Virus record (IMG/VR): IMGVR_UViG_3300047357_001465
Direction: 5' to 3' (one strand)
Source: an uncultured virus (IMG/VR IMGVR_UViG_3300047357_001465)
Taxonomy: Duplodnaviria; Heunggongvirae; Uroviricota; Caudoviricetes
DNA: 59,024 nucleotides
Shown here: piece after piece, positions 8,747 through 18,670 of the stretch
Layout of the letters: the number at the start of each line of letters is the position of its first letter
Position numbering within the stretch: the first letter of the stretch is position 1
Program-made: the position numbers and the translations under genes
The notes under the pieces: generated by a model
What the model was told of the DNA's origin: nothing
Databases searched by the model: none
The model's input: only the letters and a program-made list of their open reading frames with translations

Positions 8747-9441
8747 TCCTCCAAAAGGGAATCGAGGTTTATATCATCGGTGTTAGTTCCGACATCCTCT
8801 AGAGAGATATTCTCAACTTGAACAGGTTGCAGATCCATCTGAGGGAGAGTTTTTGCAGGTGCTTTTGCGGTTGTCTCCAACAAATCCCCTAGAGTATCTT
8901 CGGACTTCTTCCCTGTTGAGTTGTCGAAGTCTGAAGAGATCATCGTCTTCGTACCCCACCTCTGCCCTAAAGCGATCTGTTCCTGACAGAGCTTGAGCTG
9001 ATCTCGAAGCCTGCCTTGCAGGTCTTTGAGGTCTGTTCTCTTGGCTTTGATCACTGTAATGAGATCTTCGAGGTCGTGAGACTTGAGAGTGAGATCGTTA
9101 ATCTTAGACTGAATGTGTACAAGCCGAGTTCCAGCTAGGGCTTCTCGCTCTTTTTGGCTTCGACCCGAGCGGACATGTGGGTCGTGGGCAATCAACTGTG
9201 TCTGCTCGATGTTGTATTCCGTCTGTCTGATCAACAAGCCCCTCTTGATCTTCTGGAGGTTGTGAGACACCTCCATGAATATCCTCTCGGTCTTTGATAG
9301 ATGACCTCGTACTTCGGAAGTCTTCCTGTTGAGTTTTGAAGGGCCGAACTCAATAGGATCGGCATCTAGTTGCAGATCCATACTTGTTAGTTGGCTGTAT
9401 ACTCTGTCGATATACTCTTGGTCAATGCTCATCTTTCTCAC
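8734..9441 (-). CDS. coiled-coil hypothetical protein with acidic tail (possibly recombination-mediator-like)
   Basis: Long heptad helices, acidic C-terminus; function is a guess. Confidence 0.55.
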   Translation of the reverse strand: MRKMSIDQEYIDRVYSQLTSMDLQLDADPIEFGPSKLNRKTSEVRGHLSKTERIFMEVSHNLQKIKRGLLIRQTEYNIEQTQLIAHDPHVRSGRSQKEREALAGTRLVHIQSKINDLTLKSHDLEDLITVIKAKRTDLKDLQGRLRDQLKLCQEQIALGQRWGTKTMISSDFDNSTGKKSEDTLGDLLETTAKAPAKTLPQMDLQPVQVENISLEDVGTNTDDINLDSLLEDWSN

Positions 9442-9742
9442 CTTCCAATAAGATCTTGTAGTTGTTGCTGATCTCTCTCATCTCGTTATTCATCTGATCC
9501 GCCGTGATCAGATGATTCGCAGCGGCTTGTTTGAGTGCGAGCTGGTTTACTTGAAGAGACAATAGGAGAGCCGCAACTCTTGACTCTTCTACGGTTAAAC
9601 CCTCAGAGGGAAGATCCCCGTAAGAGGAAGTCAAGGACATAAAAACATCCCCCTCTCTGGTCTTGATTATTCGCGAACAGGCGATGGAGGACACTTTCTC
9701 TTTACTCTTAATCATCTCTATCTTGCTTTTAAGACTACTCAT
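9422..9742 (-). CDS. hypothetical protein
   Basis: GGGAG RBS, TATAAG upstream. Confidence 0.65.
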   Translation of the reverse strand: MSSLKSKIEMIKSKEKVSSIACSRIIKTREGDVFMSLTSSYGDLPSEGLTVEESRVAALLLSLQVNQLALKQAAANHLITADQMNNEMREISNNYKILLEGEKDEH

Positions 9743-9936
9743 TTTATTCTCCCTATGTGATTTGTTGTCACATCACTTATAGAAAGTGGCGAGAGCCATC
9801 GGCGTTTATTTGTCCGTATTGTTATACTTACCTGAGATGTACTTGTGGTGAGTATACAACACATAGAAACAGATCACGGAGAATGAGAGGGCAGATACTG
9901 AAAAAGCGAGGAGACAGATGTACATTAGAATTATCA

Positions 9937-10341
9937 TTAAGTGAACTTCTTTACTGTCAAGACAGGGTCTATACCATCCACCTTAGTAGCCATTCTGTAG
10001 CGTTCTTTGTAAATCAGCCCCCCAAACTTGTCCTGCTTACTTTTACTCACTATCGTGTAGCTTTCCTCTCCCACATAAACTTTGAGTTGGTCTACAGTTT
10101 TCTTAATGAGTTCTTTATCTTGCTCTAGTTCTTCCTTGATTGGATGATCTATGAGAGCTAAAACTCTGTTATGTAAGGTTCTTGCTTCAACTTCATCGAC
10201 CCTATCAAGTAGAGTGTTCTTGTATTCCGAGACGCCTGATTCTCTAGTCCCCTTGATTATGCCTTTGTAGTTACCAAGAACAAGAGGGTCATACTCCACT
10301 CTACTCAGGAAACTTTCTCTAGGTACTTTTCTTGTAATCAT
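9937..10341 (-). CDS. hypothetical protein
   Basis: 134-aa ORF, weak RBS, adjoins atypical non-coding region. Confidence 0.45.
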   Translation of the reverse strand: MITRKVPRESFLSRVEYDPLVLGNYKGIIKGTRESGVSEYKNTLLDRVDEVEARTLHNRVLALIDHPIKEELEQDKELIKKTVDQLKVYVGEESYTIVSKSKQDKFGGLIYKERYRMATKVDGIDPVLTVKKFT

Positions 10342-10889
10342 AGTTATTAACTTTATTCTTCGAAGTCGTGTTACTTGTAGTGTTGTTATTCCTATAGTTG
10401 TTCTTATAAGTCTTCTTAGTATTAGTAGAAGTGTTCTTGTTAGTATTGTTAGTCTTTTTGTTCTAGATATTACACCTTCCGATACTACGTATCTTAACCT
10501 GTACTATCTATACTAGAGTCTTACATCTCTAGTAACTTATATGAAAGTTAGGTTAGTGCCTGATACATAGCAAGAGAGTTACTAGGGTTAGTTTCCTATC
10601 CTGATCCCAACGGAGTTATGAGACCTAGTCCTCTCCCTGAAGGCATACCCTTTTCCCAGAGGGAAGAGAGGGTATTTATGAGCCTCCTTACGAACGAACA
10701 GTTTTTTTTAGGCTAGGTGCGTACTACGACGTAGCTTATCCCACCTAGTAGGCGTTACCTACCTCCCTGCCCTGTAAGAGGCTGGGGGACTGACTCCCCT
10801 TATACAACAAATCAGAGGCAGAGCAAGAAAAATATTTCAGCTCAGGCGTGTGGGGGAATCTATAAGAGCTGTAGAAAGTGAGGTGAGAT
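10342..10889. other. long non-coding region, T-skewed/AT-rich then multi-hairpin (candidate origin or ncRNA)
   Basis: No ORF of 60 aa or more; IRs 10529..10537/10577..10585, 10645..10651/10669..10675, 10713..10719/10742..10748. Confidence 0.45.
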
Positions 10890-11480
10890 ATGATAATCAT
10901 TCATCATGGGACAGGGGTAGAAAGCGGTTTAGCGGAGGTTCTTGAGGACAAGAACCTCGTAAAGCCCCCTTATGAAAACCTAAAGACAGACAATGTGCGA
11001 GATCTTGTGGATACGTTCTCGAAGATTTGGCCAATTAGTAACCCTGTGCTTGTAGCGGGGCCTCTTGATGAGGCAGACCCTTCAGTGCTGGATATTTTGC
11101 TGAAGAGGATTGAAGAACCCTTACAGGGATCTCCTGAGTTGGTTCTCTGGGCTAGAGACTATGGCACAGTGCCTCATACCATTAGATCTCGATGCGGAGA
11201 GCAGTATCATTATCAGCCTGTAGGTCAGCACACCCTGTATGAGCACGCTGAGAGTATGCTAGAAGCCGTTTTAAGCAATAACCTAGTAGGTATTACAGAT
11301 ATACTGAGAAGTGTCGAGGGGAAGCAATCTCGTGACTTTTTGGATGCGTATGTGGAAGTGGTCTTAGAGAAAGGTGAGCTTCAGGTCTATGAAGCTCGTC
11401 TTAAAAGAGTGCTTCGCAGGAAGCGTGTGAGTCAAGTAGCCCTATATGGTTATTTTTTAGGGGGTGTATCTTGTCCGTAA
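10890..11480 (+). CDS. holB: clamp-loader delta'-like subunit, truncated AAA+
   Basis: DNVRDL, LLKRIEEP, TIRSRC (SRC arginine finger); no Walker A or Zn module. Confidence 0.65.
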   Translation: MIIIHHGTGVESGLAEVLEDKNLVKPPYENLKTDNVRDLVDTFSKIWPISNPVLVAGPLDEADPSVLDILLKRIEEPLQGSPELVLWARDYGTVPHTIRSRCGEQYHYQPVGQHTLYEHAESMLEAVLSNNLVGITDILRSVEGKQSRDFLDAYVEVVLEKGELQVYEARLKRVLRRKRVSQVALYGYFLGGVSCP

Positions 11481-12391
11481 TGGTTTTACATGGGAACAAC
11501 AAAGGTTACTTACAGCTTCGCTCTACAGAGATCCTTCAAGAGTATCGGGCGAATGGTTATGACGTTCGTGAGGTGGACTACAAGAGTAAGAACTCAGTAC
11601 ATGAGGCTTTCAGCTCAAGTATGTTTGAACTCAACCCTGTCTTGGTTTTGATCCACAACCCTACTAAGGTGAAGGGTCTAGCTACGTACTTGAAAGACCC
11701 TAAAGACAGAGAGGTTCTTGTTGTTTACGACAAGAGTTCTTTACCGAAGCTGTTGAAGGGCTTCATGACTCAGACCTTGAATGAGCCGAAGTACGATAAC
11801 GAGAAGAGGGAGTGGTACTCTAATTTCGTGAAGGAGTACGCGAAGAAGAGTGGCAAGACTATTTCTACGGATCTTTGTGTCGCTATTGTCAGCAAGGTCG
11901 GGAGAGATCTGGGTTTACTTAGATATGAGGTATTAAAGTATGTGACTTTAGCTGGGGATGAAGAGGAGATTTCACCGCGTATGGTTGCGGGGGTGTTCTG
12001 TGACCTTCAGGGTCCTGAATCTTCGGACTTGATTGATGCGGTTATAAGACAAGATCGAAAGGGGTTCTTGAAGGTTTGTGGTCGCATAGAAAAAAGCTCT
12101 TCACAAGATCAGACGATGTCTGTATGTAATGGTCTGTTGTTTTATACACTGAAGCAACTCCTCGATGTGTCTGTCCGCCTTGAAGACAAGAAATCTTCGG
12201 AAACTATCTCGGCAGAGCTTGGGAAGAATCCTTGGTTGGTAGAAAATATTTTAAGACCTCAAGCCCTTTCTTTGGGTCTCGGTAAGATTATCCTTTTGAT
12301 AGGAGTTCTATATGAATGTGAAGACTCCGTTCTTAAGGGCTCTCGTAATCCTTGGGTCAAGTTTAAAACGAAGATGGTGAGTGTCTTATAG
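11471..12391 (+). CDS. holA: clamp-loader delta-like subunit
   Basis: IVSKVGRDLGLLRYEVLKY resembles delta 'GxDLxxLxxELxKL'; size and adjacency to delta'-like gene. Confidence 0.6.
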   Translation: MSVMVLHGNNKGYLQLRSTEILQEYRANGYDVREVDYKSKNSVHEAFSSSMFELNPVLVLIHNPTKVKGLATYLKDPKDREVLVVYDKSSLPKLLKGFMTQTLNEPKYDNEKREWYSNFVKEYAKKSGKTISTDLCVAIVSKVGRDLGLLRYEVLKYVTLAGDEEEISPRMVAGVFCDLQGPESSDLIDAVIRQDRKGFLKVCGRIEKSSSQDQTMSVCNGLLFYTLKQLLDVSVRLEDKKSSETISAELGKNPWLVENILRPQALSLGLGKIILLIGVLYECEDSVLKGSRNPWVKFKTKMVSVL

Positions 12392-12412
12392 AGACACCGT
12401 AAGGAAATAAAT

Positions 12413-14137
12413 ATGTACTCTTTTTCTGATCACGCAAAGGCTCTACTTGGGACTTATTACATGAAGGACGAGGACGGCTCCACCGAAGAAGCATTCCACA
12501 GAGCCGCATATGCCTATGCTTCGACACCCGAGCTGGCTCAGAGAATTTACGAGTACGCATGTAAGGGCTGGTTTATGTTCTCAAGCCCCATCCTCTCCAA
12601 CGCGAATGGGAATGGTATGCCCATCTCTTGTTTTCTCACATATGTGGAGGACACAGTCGAAGGACTCATCGAACACACGGAGGAGTTGCGTTGGATGAGC
12701 GTTATGGGTGGCGGTGTCGGTGGTCATTGGGATCACGTTCGATCAGTAAGTAAAAAATCACCTGGCCCAATTCCTTTCTTGAAAACGGTGGACTCTGATA
12801 TGGTAGCTTACAGGCAGGGTCAAACACGCAAAGGATCTTACGCGGCGTATTTGGATGTCTCTCACCCAGATCTCATTGAGTTCCTCAACGTCCGTATGCC
12901 TACAGGGGGTGACCCCGCACGCAAGTGTTTCAACATCAACAACGCGGTGAACTTGACGGACGAGTTCATGACCGCTGTGATGAGTGGTAGTAAATGGGAT
13001 CTGGTTGACCCAGCGGATAAAACTGTCAGGGACACTGTTGACGCAAGAGAGCTTTGGCAGAGAATTCTTGAGGTTCGTTTTCGTACAGGAGAGCCATACC
13101 TTAACTTTATTGATGAGGCAAACAGGCACTTACCTCAGCCTTTAAAGGACAAGGGTCTTAAGATTCACGGGTCTAATCTCTGTAACGAAATCCACCTTCC
13201 CACAGGTGTGGGTCGTTCAGCGGTCTGCTGTCTATCTAGCCTCAATGTTGAGATGTTTGATGAGTGGAAGGACACATCTATCGTTGAGGACTTGATTGAG
13301 TTCCTTGACGACGTACTTCAGTTCTTCATTGAGAACGCACCTGCTCAATTGGGGAAAGCTGTCCGCAGTGCTCAATCTGAGCGTTCACTTGGCTTGGGTA
13401 CGATGGGCTTCCATGCATACCTACAAAAGAAGGGTCTTCCTTTCGAGTCAGTGTTTGCGGTCTCTGCGAACCGAAAGATTTACTCGACGATCAAAGAACG
13501 GGCTGTTGCTTCTTCTAGGAGGCTCGCAGAACTCAAGGGGGAATATCTTGATGGGGTTGGTTCGGGCATGAGGAACAGTCACTTGCTGGCCATCGCCCCG
13601 AATGCGAATTCGGCTATTATACTTGATACAAGTCCTAGCATTGAGCCTTGGAAGTCTAACGCTTTCACCCACCGTACTAGAGCGGGGTCTTTTTTGCAGT
13701 TCAACAAGTATCTTAGAGCGGTGTTAGAGTCTCATCAGGAGAGACTACCTGAAGAAGACAGAGAAGAGTGGATAGACGATCAAGTTCAATCTATCATCTT
13801 AGCTCAGGGCTCAGTTCAACACTTGGATTACCTGACCGTCTCTGAGAGGGACACTTTCAAGACCGCTTTTGAGCTTGATCAGATGTGGGTTGTTGAACAT
13901 GCAGGTGTGCGTCAGGAGTGGATCTGCCAAGGCCAGAGCGTGAACCTCTTCTTCCCTGCGGGTTCAGACAAGAACTATGTTAATGCTGTCCACTTGAGTG
14001 CGTGGAAGAAGCAACTGAAGGGGTTGTATTATCTTCGCACCTCTGCTGGTGTTGTGGCAGACAAGGTGAGCGAGAAGATTGAGCGTAAGGCTTTGAAGGA
14101 CTATGACATAGACGAGTGTATTAGCTGTCAGGGCTGA
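12413..14137 (+). CDS. nrdA: ribonucleotide reductase class I alpha subunit (short, no ATP cone)
   Basis: PISCF, SNLCNEI, CCLSS, IAPNA, GLYY, C-terminal ECISCQG. Confidence 0.96.
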   Translation: MYSFSDHAKALLGTYYMKDEDGSTEEAFHRAAYAYASTPELAQRIYEYACKGWFMFSSPILSNANGNGMPISCFLTYVEDTVEGLIEHTEELRWMSVMGGGVGGHWDHVRSVSKKSPGPIPFLKTVDSDMVAYRQGQTRKGSYAAYLDVSHPDLIEFLNVRMPTGGDPARKCFNINNAVNLTDEFMTAVMSGSKWDLVDPADKTVRDTVDARELWQRILEVRFRTGEPYLNFIDEANRHLPQPLKDKGLKIHGSNLCNEIHLPTGVGRSAVCCLSSLNVEMFDEWKDTSIVEDLIEFLDDVLQFFIENAPAQLGKAVRSAQSERSLGLGTMGFHAYLQKKGLPFESVFAVSANRKIYSTIKERAVASSRRLAELKGEYLDGVGSGMRNSHLLAIAPNANSAIILDTSPSIEPWKSNAFTHRTRAGSFLQFNKYLRAVLESHQERLPEEDREEWIDDQVQSIILAQGSVQHLDYLTVSERDTFKTAFELDQMWVVEHAGVRQEWICQGQSVNLFFPAGSDKNYVNAVHLSAWKKQLKGLYYLRTSAGVVADKVSEKIERKALKDYDIDECISCQG

Positions 14138-14820
14138 CTGTCTAAGAACCTTTGAGCTACTCTTTCGGCGGAGGAGCTTCTATCCCTAAAGAAGTTCTTA
14201 ACTGACCCAAATATTCCTCTTTGGTCTATGATTGCGGCCTTAGCTTCTATGAAGAACTCATTTACCGTCAAGCCTATGTTAGTTGGCCAGCCGTCAATTG
14301 CTGTGATGTAAAGCTTCCTCCTTAAAAAGGGGTCGGTTTTTTTCAGCCTCTTGAGGTCGGTGAGAAGCTGGGTTATTTCATCCTCTTGAGCCTCTTTCGC
14401 AGATCGCACTAACTCTTTAATTTCATTAATGAGTGATTGCAAAGCTTTATTTGAAATCTCTTCCCTTCTCTCAGTTGTCGTGACCATTCCGTCAGGCCAT
14501 TTGAGTGTAGAGTACTTGAAGTAGAAGCCTTTTTTTTCAAGGTAGGGGATGTCTTCTTCTTCTATCTTATAGCCTGACAGGTCGCTGTCGATGAATTTAG
14601 TGTCAGCGGGGAAGGCTTCCCTGCCTGCACTTGTCAGTATGGATTTGTGTACGCTCTTGTGAAAGATGCATCCTTTGAAGACTAGGCTTCTTGGATTTGC
14701 TTTTTGAAGTATTTCTTCAAAGATACCTCTCCGTATTTCAGAGAAGTCGTGTTGGGTGAAAAGCATTTCCCCCGCTTTGAGAGACTTCAAGAGGACTAAA
14801 GATTTTTCTGCCTGTGGCAT
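14128..14820 (-). CDS. hypothetical protein with degenerate pentapeptide-like stretches and C-terminal SAERVAQRF tag
   Basis: AAGGAG RBS; TA-N8-AT motif upstream; FKGCIF, FIDSDLSG, FKYSTL. Confidence 0.65.
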   Translation of the reverse strand: MPQAEKSLVLLKSLKAGEMLFTQHDFSEIRRGIFEEILQKANPRSLVFKGCIFHKSVHKSILTSAGREAFPADTKFIDSDLSGYKIEEEDIPYLEKKGFYFKYSTLKWPDGMVTTTERREEISNKALQSLINEIKELVRSAKEAQEDEITQLLTDLKRLKKTDPFLRRKLYITAIDGWPTNIGLTVNEFFIEAKAAIIDQRGIFGSVKNFFRDRSSSAERVAQRFLDSQP

Positions 14821-14926
14821 GGCTCACTCCTTTTTCTATATCTGATGTATAAAGAAACTAAAACAAGTCGCTTTTCCAATATCTCCCTTATTAATCATAT
14901 AAGTTAACTATAAGGAGATACGAAAT

Positions 14927-15814
14927 ATGAAAGTTACATCAAAAAAATTAGGGAAGACCACCTTCTATGGGCTAGAGACTCAAGGCGGAGCCTTCATGGG
15001 TGTCTATTTCCTCAAGCCTGTTTTCGAGGGGCGGAGTATCATCGCATACCAGCTCATACGGACAAAAAACTCAAGGTTTTCGAAGATTGGCCCTCAGCAT
15101 ACCATTCACTTTTTACTCAAGGGTCGGGTGGATGCCCAACTCTATAGATACAAGAACGTCTCAGCCGCAACAGGGGATGTTCTCGAACCTGCTATGTTCA
15201 ACACCACTTCTTCTGCTAGAAGAAGGATCTACTACCTAGCAGTGCAGTCAATTAAGAGTATCTGTCGTCAGATTGACTTCAGCGGAGATTATGATGTAGA
15301 AGTAGCTAGTACCATGTATGAGTTTAATAGTGTACTAGAGGCGAATAAGAGACTTCGAGAAGGTGATTCAATAGGTGGCTACCTAAGAACCGACCTGAAA
15401 AGAATGGGTCTATCTACACCTCGTCTCTCAGACAGCCCTAACTACCCAAAAGTGGGAGACTTCCTTGTCCCCTATAGTAGATGGAATTTCTCCCACTTCT
15501 TGATGGTGGTAAGTGTAGATGAAGCCTCAGATACCATCAAAGTCCTTCCGACAAAACCAGAGCTTCTAAATCCTGAAGATCGAGATGATTTCTCATGGGA
15601 AGCGGTCTTTAAACCAACCTCTGAAAAGTCCCGTCCTTCGTCACGAGAGATAACTCTTTTCGTCAAAGAGGATGGTGGTGGTCTACGGATAAAGGGTAGT
15701 CTGGGAGACAAATCCCGTTACTTCCAAATGCTAAAAGGTCAGGTTAAGCTTGACGGGCGAGGTAATTACGTCACTCAGATGAAGGGCTACCTAGACGTAT
15801 CTAATGAGTGGTGA
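14927..15814 (+). CDS. hypothetical protein (295 aa)
   Basis: AAGGAG RBS; no domain recognised. Confidence 0.7.
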   Translation: MKVTSKKLGKTTFYGLETQGGAFMGVYFLKPVFEGRSIIAYQLIRTKNSRFSKIGPQHTIHFLLKGRVDAQLYRYKNVSAATGDVLEPAMFNTTSSARRRIYYLAVQSIKSICRQIDFSGDYDVEVASTMYEFNSVLEANKRLREGDSIGGYLRTDLKRMGLSTPRLSDSPNYPKVGDFLVPYSRWNFSHFLMVVSVDEASDTIKVLPTKPELLNPEDRDDFSWEAVFKPTSEKSRPSSREITLFVKEDGGGLRIKGSLGDKSRYFQMLKGQVKLDGRGNYVTQMKGYLDVSNEW

Positions 15815-15816
15815 GG

Positions 15817-17493
15817 TTAGAACCTACCGCCGTCTTCCTTCGGTTTCGAGTACTTCAGGTCGAGGTTTGAGGCAATTTTCTCTAAAACATCTGTGTTCTC
15901 AGCCATAGCTCTACCCGCTTCACCATAGACGCCTCGTAGAACTTCGTTGAATTGAGAATCGTTCAATGTCCACATATCACGCTCCAGCTTCGCTTTTGTA
16001 GTTACGGGGTCAACATTGAGCAGTTCTAGGATCACATCTATATCAAGCGATCCCTTTTGGTAGAGGTTGAAGAGAGCATCGAATGTGTCTTGATTGTCTC
16101 TGAGTCCAAGACGGGTGAAGCTCAGGGTGGGGTGGAGTACGACCTCTTCCCCATCTTCATCTTCCTCAATGAAACCCATACGTCTACACATAGGTTTGAG
16201 GATGTTCTCCTCGACCATCTCTTGGAGAACTTCCCTCATAAGCATATAGCGAGTATTGATGACCTCTAGATTGATTCTATCTCCTGAGTAGCTGGACTCA
16301 CCAGACAAGAGAGACTCAGTTACACCTAACCCTGCATACATCTGTCTGTCGGTCATGTCATATTCACCTGAGAGTTCGAGCAGGCGAGAGTCTGCTCCCA
16401 TCTCTTCCCAACTAACTTGGAAGTTAGCGATGATAGAATAATCGGGGTCTTGGAGTGCAAGATCGACCTGCTCTCTGAGAGCTTCAACGTCATTTGCATC
16501 CATATCCTCTGCATACACAAGGCGGATAGGTGTCATATGCCTAGAGGCAATGGAGGTCTGAGCTTGCCTTAGCTTGTCCCTATAGACAAGAATGCGGAGA
16601 CACCTTTCAAGCATAGAGTGTCCTCTGGGTTCATATTGTGATTTCTTCCTCGCCATGTAGTAGACAAATGAGCCTTCGTCAGGGTCTGTGTTAAGCCTGA
16701 TGTTCCTGCCCTCTCGTATGGCTTCAACCACATCATCGGGCATAGAGTCTACAATCCTTGTAGCGGAGGGGTCTTGTAAGGACGCTCTCTCAACAATGTC
16801 TTTTGTCTTGCTATCTGGGATAAGCTCAATGATCTTCTCACTTGTGAAGGGAAAGCTTTCCATGTGAACTTGCTCTGGAGGTAGGACTCTGATTCCCGTC
16901 CAGCCTTTATAGTTCTTTTTGAGCCAGCGGTACGCCCTTTCATTTGAGTCTGGATATTCTTCCCACTCGATCACCGCCTCACCTGATTCTTTTAGGACGT
17001 TTCGTTCTCGGTGGGTTACTGACTTGGGCATATCTGGGTTGCTGTCCTCACAGAACACGAAGACCTCACCGAGGAGGTTGTATTCGTGCAGTATTTCTAT
17101 GAGCCTATGAAGCAGTCCTGTCCTCCTAGACCACTTTTCACAGAAGCGTAGAGCTTCATTAGCCATGTCTCTATTACGAGATCGGGGCAACCCAAGTCTG
17201 ATCTTAGAGAGAGGCAACTCTGTGTGTAGGTCTACCGCCTGTCCTACAAAAGGGTCGGTTCTGTAGAAGAATCTGAAATAGTTACGCTGCTCATCTTGGG
17301 ATTGGGGTAACTCTAAGAAGTCTGTAGACAGTTCAGGTGAGTAGAAGTTTCCTCCTGAACCCATCATAGAACCAGAGGTGGTCATTGCGACTTTAACCCT
17401 AGACCGCATATCGCTTGGGTCGAGCTTCTTTGTGATCGCTTTAGACCTACTCTTGACTTTCCCTATTTCTGTGCCGAGATCCTCTTCACTCAT
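15817..17493 (-). CDS. phage portal protein
   Basis: FFYRTDPFVGQAVDLHTELPLS, RGHSMLERCLRILVYRDKLRQAQ, LGVTESLLSG patterns typical of large-phage portals; 558 aa. Confidence 0.75.
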   Translation of the reverse strand: MSEEDLGTEIGKVKSRSKAITKKLDPSDMRSRVKVAMTTSGSMMGSGGNFYSPELSTDFLELPQSQDEQRNYFRFFYRTDPFVGQAVDLHTELPLSKIRLGLPRSRNRDMANEALRFCEKWSRRTGLLHRLIEILHEYNLLGEVFVFCEDSNPDMPKSVTHRERNVLKESGEAVIEWEEYPDSNERAYRWLKKNYKGWTGIRVLPPEQVHMESFPFTSEKIIELIPDSKTKDIVERASLQDPSATRIVDSMPDDVVEAIREGRNIRLNTDPDEGSFVYYMARKKSQYEPRGHSMLERCLRILVYRDKLRQAQTSIASRHMTPIRLVYAEDMDANDVEALREQVDLALQDPDYSIIANFQVSWEEMGADSRLLELSGEYDMTDRQMYAGLGVTESLLSGESSYSGDRINLEVINTRYMLMREVLQEMVEENILKPMCRRMGFIEEDEDGEEVVLHPTLSFTRLGLRDNQDTFDALFNLYQKGSLDIDVILELLNVDPVTTKAKLERDMWTLNDSQFNEVLRGVYGEAGRAMAENTDVLEKIASNLDLKYSKPKEDGGRF

Positions 17494-17714
17494 TTCGTAC
17501 TCCTCTTGACGACGGCTTTGGCAACCTTCTTCAGTAAGGCGATGTTCTTCGGGTCGCCGTCAAAGAATAATACCCACGACCCCCCCATATGGGAGAAAAC
17601 TGAGCTGATATGTTCCATCATCTTCCTAGAAGGCTTACTAAGCTTATGGTGTCTCGCTAGGATATAGGAGATGACCCTAAGGTCTGCTCTTTCATTATCT
17701 CTGAAGTGACTCAT
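17490..17714 (-). CDS. small hypothetical protein coupled to portal
   Basis: AAGGAG RBS, ATGA overlap with portal start. Confidence 0.65.
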   Translation of the reverse strand: MSHFRDNERADLRVISYILARHHKLSKPSRKMMEHISSVFSHMGGSWVLFFDGDPKNIALLKKVAKAVVKRSTK

Positions 17715-17751
17715 CTACTTTCTCCTTTTTTGGTGAGGTGCTATAGATAAG

Positions 17752-18015
17752 CTATCGCTTGATATAAACCCCATGCCTGATTTTGCTCAAGATATCAAGC
17801 CTTTTCATCGTCGCAAGCTCCTGCCTAACAGCAGTTTTGAGCTTGACTCTTTCATTTGAGCTTAACTCAATGGAGGTGGTCACTTCCCCCCTTGTTAGTG
17901 AATACTCTTCACCGAGACCATATACGCTTATGACGTGGTTTAGGCAATCTTCTATGGTCGCTTGCTCTTTTAGGAAAGTCAACAAGGCTTCTCTTATAGA
18001 GGGGCGACTAAGCAT
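17752..18015 (-). CDS. small winged-helix-like protein (Mrr N-terminal-like)
   Basis: Start MLSRPSIRE overlaps upstream stop; C-terminal LSKIRHGVY wing pattern. Confidence 0.45.
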   Translation of the reverse strand: MLSRPSIREALLTFLKEQATIEDCLNHVISVYGLGEEYSLTRGEVTTSIELSSNERVKLKTAVRQELATMKRLDILSKIRHGVYIKR

Positions 18016-18544
18016 CGTGTATCCTATTGTATAGTTTGAGCCATTGACTTTCTTTTGAGTCAATGGAAGAAAGCATATTGAAAGCTTCCCATAATCTGAG
18101 AGAATTGTCGAGATCAATGTCTTTGGTCTTGGATCTGAGAAGCCTCTCAGTCCTTGTCGTTATAATGGATAGGCTATCTACAACAGGTTCGTCTTTAAAA
18201 TGGTCTTCACTTGATGCTTTAGAGTAAACCCACACGGGGAGGTCGTACTTTACCTCTAAAGCTTTGCAGGCTTGGCTGAAACGCACTCCTTCAATTTCCA
18301 TGACAGTGGAGATAGCATCTCTTGTTTTACCGCAAGCGAAGCAGTACCATGAGTTTGAATCGGGGTAGGCTCTTGCGGAAGGTGAATTATCTGACCCGTC
18401 GCCGTGCAGGTTACATCTGAATTGTTGTTCTCTCGGAGAGTCTACAACATCGTAGTTGTAGGAGTGTAAAACAGAGAATATAGAGACCTTCTCCTTAATT
18501 CTTTCGGATCTTTTCACTAATGCCTCCTCAGGCGGTTTCCCCAC
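18008..18544 (-). CDS. stand-alone DnaG-type CHC2 zinc-binding domain protein
   Basis: CNLHGD..NSPS..WYCFACG..DAI..EGVRFSQA; no TOPRIM domain. Confidence 0.85.
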   Translation of the reverse strand: MGKPPEEALVKRSERIKEKVSIFSVLHSYNYDVVDSPREQQFRCNLHGDGSDNSPSARAYPDSNSWYCFACGKTRDAISTVMEIEGVRFSQACKALEVKYDLPVWVYSKASSEDHFKDEPVVDSLSIITTRTERLLRSKTKDIDLDNSLRLWEAFNMLSSIDSKESQWLKLYNRIHDA

Positions 18545-18670
18545 ACTATTTCGATGGGGTATAAGGGCTTCTAAGTAGTCGCGTCTTTATTATTGTAATG
18601 TACGATATACATCCTGATATCCCTTTTATACATCTCGCCAGATGAAGCAGTATTATATTAGGAGGCTTTC

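Noticed and set aside
10318..10465. TAG recoding, suggested by an Asn/Thr/Lys-rich minus-strand frame bounded by TAG codons
   Set aside because: Many well-supported genes end in TAG, and long conserved genes are intact under code 11
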